Part shown: one piece after another, positions 53,332 through 64,000 of the stretch | How positions within the stretch are numbered: position 1 is the first letter of the stretch | Layout: each line of letters begins with the position of its first letter | Assembly: GCF_026210795.1 (NCBI RefSeq) | Contig: NC_089431.1 | Location: 4,154,001-4,218,000 of the forward strand | Origin: Rhizophagus irregularis | Lineage: Eukaryota | DNA length: 64,000 nt | Direction: 5' to 3' | Made by a program: the position numbers and the translations under genes | The notes under the pieces: generated by a model | Databases searched by the model: none | Seen by the model: only the letters and a program-made list of their open reading frames with translations | Told to the model about the DNA's origin: nothing

Positions 53332-54728
53332 CTAGTACCTGAATATTTCATAGCGTTACTGAGTTTCTTGAAGTATTTGAGGTTTCCTTGCGGGATGGTA
53401 CCACATCTAAAAACACTGTGCGCCTATCATCATTCTCCATTCTGAAAACATTTTCATTAGTTAGGACGATGGTAGACATAAAGTTCTTGTACTATATTGG
53501 TGTCTTGTGTTTTCATGGATTTCCATTATGCCACCTATTACCTTATCCTTCAAAGAGCGATACAGATTATTTCACTGGTTTTTTTCTGTGGGTATTTCCT
53601 CGAGAAGGAGAAGGACCTTGCCTTGTAACTGCGCATTGAAACTACTAAGAATCGTCTGAGGATCGCTGGTCTTATAAATGAGTTGAGTGTCTAGGATACT
53701 GCGTTAGATGAAATCTGTTATAATACTCTTATCCCAATCCTGTCCTGATTTCAGGTAAAGAATTGAGTACATCTTCCTTTCAGCAGATATACTGGCCAAC
53801 CATTTGATGATATATTTGGTGAGATTCCAATCACCTGAACACCAGATATCCTGAATATGGGAGAAGATAAACTTAACTGCAAGATGGATCTTAGATTCAA
53901 AGGTGGATATTGGACGCAAGATGTGGAGAAATCCTGGAAAGATATTCAAATAGAGTTGGCCTGTTGAGGATCTGAAGATTCGCTGTTTATGAGGATCACA
54001 GATTGCAATTAAGGTTGCCTGCCTAAACCTCTCCAAAATTTTACGATTAGCTTTTCCAAGATTTTACTATAGTTTTATTATAGTTTTGGCAAGGTTTTGG
54101 CAGTTTCGGCATTTATAATAAGTTTTGTCAGGTTTTGCTTTTTTCCAGAATTTCGCCAACTTTTTAATAAGACTTTCATATAGTTTTGGCAAAGTTTCGC
54201 TATTTCAGCATTTCGCCAACTTGCCAAAACCTTCTAGTTTCTCCAGCAACCTTAGTTGCAATACATACATCGGTATTCTCATACATAAACCACTTGTAGA
54301 TGTTGAATTCAGTCTTTTAAGAGGGACTTTGTTCAGGTTGTATGTAGAATGCCTTAGTGATTGGATGGATAAGTTTACCAATATTTTTGTCAATAATATG
54401 TTTCAAACTTTTACTATCTGGGTCCTACCAGAAAACCCCATGAGGATCTGCATAGGAAATAAAATAACTGTAAAGATACCTCTTGACTTGATTGAGATCA
54501 CTCATACTCTTTGCAGCGATAATAAGCCATTTAAGCTCATTGATACTGAAGGCTTTCTTTTATTCGTCCAAACTTGAAAATAACTTGAACTTGAGTAGTT
54601 ATTTTTTGTTCTATCAAATCGAGATCTAATTTGTAGTTACTTAATCTTCAATTGCTGAATATTTTTCCAAAGATCTGCACTCCTACCTGGCTATTTCTCT
54701 GCGGCTCAACAGACTTTCTAGGGACCAT
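53332..54728 (-). pseudogene. D5-like (SF3) helicase-primase remnant
   Basis: LYLNIFPGFLH..DIWCSGD..IKWLA..ILYLKSGQDWDKSIITDFI (decayed Walker A), LLLEE (Walker B), VLTNEN..ENDDRRTVFLDV. Truncated by the hAT end and split by a MITE. Confidence 0.8.
54010..54254. mobile_element. hAT-type MITE inserted in the helicase gene
   Basis: TAAGGTTGC..GCAACCTTA termini; 8-bp flanks ATTGCAAT / GTTGCAAT. Removing it rejoins DVCIA to CDPHKQRIF. Confidence 0.85.
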
Positions 54729-55804
54729 TGCGTGTCAGAATGATATGTTTACTTGAGTATGTTAGAGGTTTGGATTACCGCCCCTATTGGTCACTTGCTC
54801 ACTACGTTCGCTCTATATAGAGATAATCAACCTGCTAACCAAGAGTGTAAACTTACCTGCTGACCTACCTGCTGACCTACCTGTTTACTCAGTTTGCTAT
54901 CTCACTGCTTCCAATAGGAAAATGAACGGAATCCTGAAAGTGTTTCAGATTGTTTCAGAATTTTTGATCTGAGGGGTAAAAATAAAAATATTTTCTGAAA
55001 AGTATTCCTGCCTACTTTTACCAAAATTGCCGAAACATCTGAAACATTGAAATACCCCCTATGATTCTCTCTTATTTTCCTCTCTTTTTCCTTATTTTAT
55101 CGTTTTTTAGTATATTATTATATTTTAGATCTAGTTTCAGATTGTTTCAGATATATGGAGTATTCCTGAGCCCCATAGGGGTCAAATAGGTACTGTGAGA
55201 CCATGAAGCCAAGATGGGTAGAGCCTGTGACACATACATCCAGCCCGATGATAATAGAATGCCAATTGTTCAGCCAGAATTAATGTTAATTCTAGCTAAA
55301 ATGATTTATAAATTCATATTATTAGAAATTTTATTATATATAAAATTGTGATACCCATTAAATTTTTTCTATATTCATTAAGAATAATAAATATATATTT
55401 AATTGTTTCAAAAAAAAATAAAGTTTATAGGATAAATAATTCTCATTCAGTTATTTTAAACAAAAATATTTTTATATTAGTTTTTAATTTAGGCCAGTTT
55501 ATAAATTTAAGCCTGCATTATATTAGTATTAAACTGGCCAAATTCCTTTAAATTTATTCAAAACATAGTAAAATAACCAAAATTAAAACTTATATATCTT
55601 ATGTTACAGTAATTCAATTTGAAAAAACTCTTTGTTACATAAAAGTATACTGTTTAAACTACAATATTACAGAAAGTTTTTTTAAAAAATATTGATTAAA
55701 TTTTTTTTTCTATTTATTTGAAATCATATAATAAAAAGTGGTGGCTTTAGACTGTGTGCACCATATAATAAAAACTCAAATAAAAATTAAAGTACAAATT
55801 TATA

Positions 55805-56014
55805 TTATTTGTTTGTTTCATCTTCTATTTCTGGCGATTCTTTCATTCCCATTGGTTCTGATTCTTCCACTCCCATTGGTTTCGATTTTTCTATTCCCAT
55901 TGATTCCAATTCTTTCACTCCCATTGGTTCTAATTCTTCTATTCCCATTGGTTCTGAATTTTCTATTACTTCTATTTCGTTCATTTCTGCTAACATTTCT
56001 ATATTTTCTGCCAT
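55805..56014 (-). pseudogene. Acidic 8-aa repeat exon (EPMGIEES)n of a degraded gene
   Basis: 24-bp tandem repeat at ~55840-55960; upstream coding-like sequence is interrupted by a solo LTR. Confidence 0.4.
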
Positions 56015-56196
56015 TATTAGATTTTCTTCTGTTTAAATCAGTGTTTCTGGCTTAAAAAAGTCAGTGTTAGCTAACATATTCTGCTCTATATAGGTCCAAT
56101 TTGAAGTACCTCATGGATAACAAGAGACAATATTATATATCTCATCATTATAATTTCACGTTTGTATTAATTGTGAAAATTGAAGAGAGAAAGCGT

Positions 56197-56734
56197 TGTT
56201 AACCGATTTGGTACGTTGAATAGATTAACTATGATTTGCAGTCAGGGAGATTAAGTACGTTTAACTATGACTGAAATCCAATCAAACAAGACACGCTTAA
56301 AACAGGGAGTTCATTTATTGTGTAAAAGGTTATACTTTATTATAGAACTTTATAATTACAAGAATAAGAACTAAAGGAACTAATTCGAACTGAAGGAACT
56401 AAACTTATAACGAAGGAAAATACCAACGTTATTTATATAAAAGTTACTACATATAAAGATATAATAAATATAATAGATATAATAAATATAAGAAATATAA
56501 CTAATATAATAAATATAACTAATATAATAAATATAATAAATAAATTAAATATAATAAATAAAATAATTATATCGATTATATTAAATATAATTAATATAAT
56601 AAATATAATAGAAATAATAGGCTAAATAGGCTGCGGCTAGGTCGGCTTGGCACAGTTGGACACAGTAGATCCTAATTTTCCACATGATCTTCTGGCGTAG
56701 TAAATTGTAACTCTACACGTAACTAGGGGTAACA
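56197..56734 (-). mobile_element. Solo LTR
   Basis: TGTTAACC..GGGGTAACA termini, 4-bp flanks GCGT / GCAT, TATA-like and AATAAA-like motifs on the minus strand. Confidence 0.6.
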
Positions 56735-57158
56735 GCATGTTGGTCCAAATATTTTATAATAAATCTATTAACTATTATTAAAAAAATTAATTCTATTACG
56801 AAAAAAATAAAACAAATAAAAAATAAAAAATAAAAAATACGATAAATAAGTTATTAAACCTCTTCAGATCTTCAAGATGGATTATAAATATTAATTTGTC
56901 TTTTCCATTTGGTTGTTTGATCAAGGTGCAATCAATGGTACTAGTTAATATATATTCATAATATTAATATACAGTACAACAAGTAATAGTAATTTAAAGA
57001 TTTATAAATTTTTTATTGATAATTTATTATTTGTTGATGTTAAAGACATAAAAATACTGTTATTTGATTTATGATATAATAAATCTAAAAACTTTAATTA
57101 ATTTTTATAATTACTTAATGGCAAGTAATTATTATTTATAGTTTTTTAAAGTTTTAGG

Positions 57159-58265
57159 CAAATTTACTACACAATTTTTTTTTAATAATTTAACTATTAA
57201 CAATTTTTGTCTATATATAACCTAAATCGGCCTTCTAAACCTTCTTTTTAAGCTTAATAAAAGTTGTAAAGTGAGGTGAAATACATAATATATATAAAAT
57301 TCAAACTTTTAAAATATATAAATGAAAAACACTATATGATTAACTCTGTAAAATTTTATAAATTTTGCCAATTTTTACAAATGTAAAAATTCATCTATAA
57401 GATATCTATTCCAAAAAATGATTTATATGAAAAAATAATGTTTTTAATATAAATTTTATAATGTTTTCTATGTAAAAATAAAAAAAAAATCTAGGTTAAT
57501 TTATACATGAAGTCAAAATTAAAGCCTAAAAGTAGAAATATTTCGACTTGGGAAGGTCAAAAGTTGAAATTAAAGTTGAAATGATCGAAATTACATCATA
57601 GTCATGTGATTTTTATAATTATAATTTAATATAAAATTTTAAATGTAAATAATTCTGTCAATATTGATGTTACAAATATGAAATATATATCATTGGAATC
57701 CTCTCGATGAGCTGAATCCAACCGCATAAAGGTCATAAAAATCGAATCACTGGATGTGGAGTTCGTTAACTTTGAATTTTAATATTATTGTTTACTATAA
57801 AATCATATGACTATAACGTAATTTTGACCATTTCAACTTTGGAGAGGCTCAAGTTGAAATCATTTCGACCATTTCGACCATTTTGGAGGTCAAAATTAAC
57901 CAATTTCGGTTTCATGTATAGGTTAATTATTGCAATGTCACATATATAATAATTAAACAATGTTAAAATTGCATACAAATTTACACACAATTTTTTTTTA
58001 ATAATTTAACTATTAGCAACTTTTTGTCTATATGTAAAGCTTAAATTGGCCTTTTAAACCTTTTTTTCAAGATTAATAAAAGTTGTAGAGTAAAGTGAAA
58101 TATATAATATATATAAATTCAGACTTTAGAATATATAGATGAGAAACACAATGTGATTAACTCTGTAAAATTTCATAAATTTTGCCAATTTTTATAAATG
58201 TAAAAATTCATCTATAAGATAACTATTCCAAAAAATGATTTATATGAAAAAATAATGTTTTTTAA
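57159..58265 (+). repeat. ~290-bp direct repeat pair (57159-57447, 57976-58265)
   Basis: Two clearly alignable copies separated by a MITE-containing spacer. Confidence 0.85.
57502..57920. mobile_element. MITE with 8-bp TSD (hAT-like)
   Basis: TATACATGAA..TTCATGTATA termini; perfect TSD GGTTAATT (57494-501, 57921-28). Confidence 0.85.
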
Positions 58266-60431
58266 AAAAACCTATCTTTGATCGTAAAATTGAGAGAAAT
58301 AAAAAGAATATAGTGAAAGAAATAGAGTGAAAGAAAAAAATAAAAGAAATAGAGCAAAGAGTTAAAACAAAAGAAATGGAGTAATAATGAAATGGCAAAC
58401 ATAAAGAAAAGGATAAAAGAAAGTTAGTAAAAATAAAACATAGAGAACAAAAGAAACCAAAATTGGAAAATGAAAAAATACCTTAATTGCGAAACTGGAC
58501 CAGATAGATTTCCAGAGTTGTTTAGCTATTCTTAAAAACTTTAATAATATTCTCAAATTAAAAAAAACTAAAAATAAATGAAAAAAAATGAAATGATACC
58601 TTGCAACATTAAAATCCAAGAGAATGTTCAAAGCAGCAAAGCCACTTCTAAAAAAAAATAAAAAAAAATTGCATTATACGTTGATATTACAATTGTTATG
58701 CATGGTGAATTTTACCATTTTAACAAAAAATTTAAATATTTAAATATTATGGTAAAATTCACCATTTGGTAAATTTATTATCTGGTAAATTTAACCACCA
58801 GTTATTGTTAAATTAATTCTAAATATTAATTAAAATATTGCAAAAAATATGTTTTTTTACTTTTTTTTTTGTAAGTTATAATAATATTATTTGGATTTTA
58901 ACTTAAATTTATTAAATAATTTTACTTAAGCAATAAAAATAATTTTTTAATTAAAGTAAAAAAATTATGCTTTAAAAATTTCTATATATTTTAATAATAA
59001 AAAATATAATAATATTTTTATAAATGCATTTAAATTATCAGAAATTTAAGGTAAAATTCATAATTTTAACTATATTATTCAAAGTTTTAATAGTAATTGT
59101 CCAGAGTGTAGTGAAGAACTATATAATTTTATGAAGGTCAATGACAATTAGTATTACATGGCGATTTCTGGTTGTTTGTACACGTCATTTCTGATTGGTC
59201 TGCATAGAATATGTATTGAAATTTCATGTTACATCAAAAATTAACAAGTTATGATTACCTTTTTTTTTTAGATTTTGGCTAGTAAGTATATTTTTCTTTT
59301 AAATAACTTTCTTATTGTTTTCTTGGGGTTTCTGGATTTCTTATACATATCAGACTAAAGCTCTGAATGGGTCGGTTCAGTTCAGTTTTAGTAAGGAACC
59401 AGAACCGGCCTGACATTCAGTTCCAGTTTTGGTTCAGTTCTTTGGATTTAAGCCCGACCTGAAACTAGAACCGAATTTTTAACCTGAATCGAACTGAAAT
59501 TATGGTTCGGTTCTTAATTAGATAATCAAAAGATTATCGATTTTTTTTTGTAAAAAAAAAAATATTCATCCGCTTCTTTAAAGTGCATTTCTTCACGAAG
59601 AATTTTTTTTTTAGTTTATTGTTTTTTTTCGTTCCTTTTTGCGTTCCGTTTTGCTAAATTCGTACATTTCTTTTCTTTTAGGTCTCAGTTCTTGCAACTC
59701 TTCACGGAAAGAAGGTGTTACTTTTTTTTGGTTTTTTTTGGTTTCCGTTTCTAATTTCGTACACCTCTCTTCTTTCTTCGTTTAGATTTTCCGTTCCTTG
59801 AGGTTTTCCTTGCGAAAGGTTCCAGTTCCTTGGAAAGGCAAGTTTTTTTTTCTTTTTTTTTGGATCCCTTTTCTAATTTTGTACGCCTCTCCTCTTTCTT
59901 CATTTAGGTTTTCCGTTCCTTGCGGTTCTTCTTACGAGGGCTTCGGTGGCAAGTATTTCTTTTCTTTTTATTTCTTTTTTTTTTAGATTCCTTTTCTAAT
60001 TTCGTACGCCTCTCCTATTTTTTCATTTAGATTTCCATTCCTTGCAGTTCTCCTTGCGAAGGGTTTCAGTTTCTCATTGCATTTCACAGAAATGTAAGTG
60101 TATTTTTTCTTTTTTTCTTTTTTCTTTTTTTTTGGGGTTTCTTTTTCTAATTTCGTACGCATCTCCTCTTTTTTTGTTTAGGTTTCCATTCATCATGTAA
60201 AGGCTGGTGTGTATTTTTGTATTTCATTATTTCAGTTTTTTTTTTTTTGTTTCTGTTATCCTTTGTTAATTTTATCCTTCCTCTCTTTTTTTTTAGGATT
60301 TCAGTTCCTTACGATTCCATTGGAAGGTAAATAGTTAGAGTATTTCTATCGCGTCTCTTTTTTTGTTTCTTTCATTCTTCTTTACTAATTCCATCTTTCT
60401 CTAAGTTTTCAATTCTTGCGGTTCTTCGTAG

Positions 60432-60540
60432 AAGTCTATCAAATGGAGCTGTTGCAGTACGACTTACCGCACCAGTTATCATACCAGCGAGAAGATATTT
60501 TAGATCAGTTGGTGGTATTATTACTTCACCATCCATATTA
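60432..60540 (-). other. Captured fragment of a Ca-binding mitochondrial ATP-Mg/Pi carrier (SAL1/SLC25A24-like)
   Basis: NMDGEVIIPPTDLKYLLAGMITGAVSRTATAPFDRL matches carrier helix 1 and the start of the Px(D/E)xxK signature. No other carrier sequence nearby. Confidence 0.8.
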
Positions 60541-60620
60541 TCACCTGTATTATCGCCTGTATTATCGCCTGTATTATCATCTGTATTGTCACCTGTATTA
60601 TCACCTGTATTGTCACCTGG
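60537..60620. repeat. 12-bp tandem repeat (TATTATCRCCTG)n
   Basis: About 7 copies; reads (GDNT)n on the minus strand. Confidence 0.9.
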
Positions 60621-62067
60621 GCTATGACTTTGTAGTATTCGAAATTTCTGGACCGCAGACATGGTTTGATTTGGTCTACAACACCAAAGGCGGCTTTTCT
60701 TTAGTTTTATTTCAAGGATCTTTAGTTCCTTTCACCAATTCTTATAGATTTTCATTCTTTGCAGGTAAGATATTTTTCTTTCTTTTTTTTTTTTTGTTTA
60801 TTCATTATCCTTTGCTAATTTCGTCCTTCTCTTCCTTCAGGCTTTTGCTTCTTTTGCGGCTCTTCATGAGAAGGTGGGTATTTATGATATAATTTTTTTG
60901 TCTTCTTCTTTATCCTTTGCTAATTTCGTCCTTCTTTTCTTTTCCTTTAGGTTCTTTGCGATTCTTTGAGGATACAGGTGTTTATTTTTTTTATTTTCTG
61001 TATTTTTTGTTTTCTTAAATTTAGGATTTTGATTCTTTGTACTCTTCAGAGAATGTATGTTTATCATTTTTTTCTTTTTTCGTATTCTTTTTTTGTTCTC
61101 TTGCTAATTTCGTCATTCTCTTTTTTTTTCTTTTTTAGATCTTGATTTTTTTGCACTTTAAAAGAAGCAATGAATTAATTTAACAAAGGAAATAAAGGAA
61201 ATATACGAAATGAAACAAAAAATAAAAAAAATTGAACCACCTACTTTTCTGTAATCTTCATTTCTAATGATCTTTATGGATTCACGGGTAAGGTAGTTTC
61301 TTTTTAATTTTCTTTAATTTATTATTTATTTATTTTTTTCTCTGTCCGCCATATCACTAATATTAACAATTACTTTATAATATTTTTTTAATTCCCTATC
61401 AAAAAACTGTCATGTCACATGTTCATGCGCCAATATAAATGAACTACCCAATATTATTTTTAACGTCCAAATTCTTTTTTTTGATATATAAATGGCAAAA
61501 AAATTAGCATAAAAGTGGCCATTAACTATATTAACTATGTTGCTGAAGCATAGGACTGTGCAACTGAAATTTTGCCTAGCATATTTTTAATTTTTTTTTT
61601 ATTTTATAGTTTTTTTTTAATTAAAATTAGAAATAGCTGTGCGTGTGACATGTAAGGATCGTATTCTTTATCTTCTTATATAAAACATTCAATTATACAA
61701 AATGTACGAAAATTAATTTCTAACAATAAAAAAAATTTTTTTTTGATTGATATTGCCGATTTTGATTGATGTTGCCAAAACATTGCGCCAATCAATTTTT
61801 TTTGCCAAAACATTGCACCAATCAATTTTTTTGATTGATATTGCCGATTATTCTGATTGATTATTACCGATTAAATATTGTGATTGATATTGTCATATTG
61901 CCGATTGATATTGCCCAATTTTTTTAGTAAATATTTCTATTTAAATGGTGTATAATATATATTTAAAAAAAAGATTTTGAGAAAAAAAAAAAGAAAAATT
62001 ATTTTTACATTAAATAATAAAATTTCTTTGATCCATCTTTCACCCCTCTTCTTTTCAAATACTTCAG

Positions 62068-64000
62068 ATGAGTAATATTGATATAGATTCTGAAAGTTTA
62101 TCTGATAATGGTATATCACGTGATGCAACACCTCATGTTAGCGAACCAGAAGATATTCCACAGTAGAGTAGTAGAAACTATAAATCTGTAGTTCATGATT
62201 ATTTTACTTTAAATAATACATAAAATTGATATGATTGCAAGCATTGTAATAAAAATTATAAAATAGCTAAAGATGGTTCAACATCTAGTTTATGGAAGCA
62301 TATTAAAACTAAACATAATGATATATATTCAGAAATAAGTCAATTAACCAGTGCATTAAATAAACTTGAAATCTCAGAGCCATTGGTATATAGTATTTTA
62401 TTTTTAATTTATTATTTTATATTTTATAATATATCTGATATTAATTAAACCAATTATATTATAGATATTTACACAGGAATCTTTTCGTAATGATTTAGTT
62501 TATTGGATTATTAGTGATGAACAGCCTTTTACCATAGTTCAAAATTTATTATTTCAAAAAATGATAATACGTCTTAATTCTGAAGTTAAAATACCTTCAG
62601 CTGATACAATTCATAATGATATTATAAAAATTTTTAAAGATGAAAAAGAATTTATAAAAAAAAAATTACAGGTTTGTTATGTATTTAAATATATTAAATT
62701 ATTACAAATATTTTATTTAATATATTATTTTATAAATTTATAGGAAATACCAAGCAAAGTTTCTATTACACTAGATGCATGGACGTCAAAGAATCAAATT
62801 TCTTTTTTAGGAATAACTATTCACTGGATTACAAATGATTGGAAACTTGAAAACACTACTCTTGATTTTTCTCATATAGAAGGACCACACTCAGGAGAGA
62901 ATCTTGCATCCAAATTGTTTGAAGTTTTGAAGGAATTTGAACTTTTACAAAAAGTAAATATTGCTAAATACTTTATTTAATAAATTTTTTAATTTTAATT
63001 TTTTTTGAAATACATTAGATATTAGGTATTAGTACCGACAATACGTCTAATATGAATAAGATGTTTAGTAAATTTGAAAGTATTTGTGAATATGAAGGAA
63101 TTGAATTTATTGCTAAAAATCAACGTATTCGTTGTTTAGCTCATATAATTAATTTAGCAGTACAAAATATACTTAAAACATTAAAGGAAGAAGCTCCTGA
63201 AAATGAAAATGAAATTTTACAAGAAAATACTTCTACTATTACATTAGGAGTTATTGCAAAAGTAAGTTATATAATTTATAATTAATTTTACTTATAATAA
63301 ATTATTAATTATTAATAATTATATTAATGAATTTATTACATTTTTATTAATAGCTTCGAACATTAATAATAAAAATTAGAGCATCTTCTCAAAAAAAAGA
63401 AAAATTTAAAAGACAATGTATTGCTTTAAATATAAAGCCATTAGAATTAATCCCTGATGTCAAGACAAGATGGAATTCTACACATAATATGATAGAAAGG
63501 GCTATTATTTTACGTGAGGTAAAAATATTTTATAGTATATAAAAAATATATTATATATATTAATACTTATTAGTATTTATTTATTAGCCACTATATAATT
63601 TTGCTGTAACAGATAAAGAACTTTTATCTTATGTATTAAATGATATAGAATGGAAGAAAATAAAAGAAATATAAGGTTTATTAACAGTAAATATATAATT
63701 TATATAATTGCTATTAAATTTTTTACATTATATTAATTTTTAATTAATTTTTAGTGTTTTGAAAAAGCAACCTTAGAGATGAGTTCATCATATTTTCCAA
63801 CACTTGGCCAGACTGTGCCAATATATAATTATTTAATTGATAAGATTGAAGATTTTCTTGATAAAGAAACTGATACAAAATCAGAAGATGTTGTTAATGC
63901 CACAAATAATGCCAAAAATAAGTTACAACAATATTATCTGAGTTCAGATGGACTTGTTTATATAATTGCAACTAGTATGTAATATATATATTTAGTTAAT
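62068..64000 (+). pseudogene. hAT transposase pseudogene, runs off the window
   Basis: CKHC..STSSLWKHIKTKH (zf-BED), ITLDAWTS, HSGENLA, TDNTSNM, RCLAHIINL, DVKTRWNST; in-frame stops in exon 1. Confidence 0.92.

Larger units (their letters stand above)
59620..61140 (+). repeat. Array of related introns separating variable micro-exons
   Basis: Repeated CTAATTTCGT branch point, pyrimidine tract and TTAG acceptors; GT or GC donors; about 10 units. Confidence 0.8.
59356..64000 (+). mobile_element. Second hAT transposon; left end visible, right end beyond the window
   Basis: TAAAGCTCTGAATGGG start followed by GGTTC/GAACC subterminal repeats (59370-59512); transposase downstream. Confidence 0.65.

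Noticed and set aside
45858..53339. Single intact hAT insertion with TSD
   Set aside because: Flanks CTGATTAC and CTAGTACC do not match, and the helicase gene cut at 53332 does not resume left of 45866.
54125..54577. 150-aa + strand ORF
   Set aside because: Antisense to the helicase remnant and spans a MITE junction.
60416..60892. 158-aa + strand ORF with YYHL repeats
   Set aside because: It is the antisense reading of the carrier fragment and 12-bp repeat, and it runs through intron-like poly-T.
8060..62125. Recurrent CACGTG (E-box/Pho4-like) motifs
   Set aside because: Scattered in TEs, coding and intergenic DNA; enrichment cannot be shown without a background model.

Overview
This is very AT-rich, intron-containing eukaryotic DNA. 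The gene content (expanded tyrosine-kinase-like kinases, BTB-BACK-TLDc proteins, F-box/LRR, D5-like helicase-primase, hAT transposases) points to an arbuscular mycorrhizal fungus, Rhizophagus-like; this is an inference. The left ~42 kb is gene-containing: four BTB-TLDc paralogs (two broken), three TKL kinases (two pseudogenes), a cytochrome P450, an APC-family amino acid permease with a (QPQQI)n tail, an F-box protein, small orphans, a frameshifted DUF2283-like gene and many MITEs. The right ~22 kb is a nested, decayed transposon cluster: a Tc1/IS630-like remnant, two hAT transposase pseudogenes, a D5-like helicase-primase remnant, a solo LTR and MITEs. The most unusual signal is three sequence-unrelated tandem arrays inside hAT elements, where each repeat unit is a complete spliceosomal intron plus a micro-exon. 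In one array the 5' splice site and branch point each lie in a hairpin loop. Another carries an antisense-captured fragment of a host SAL1-type mitochondrial carrier gene. No rRNA, tRNA or CRISPR array was recognised.
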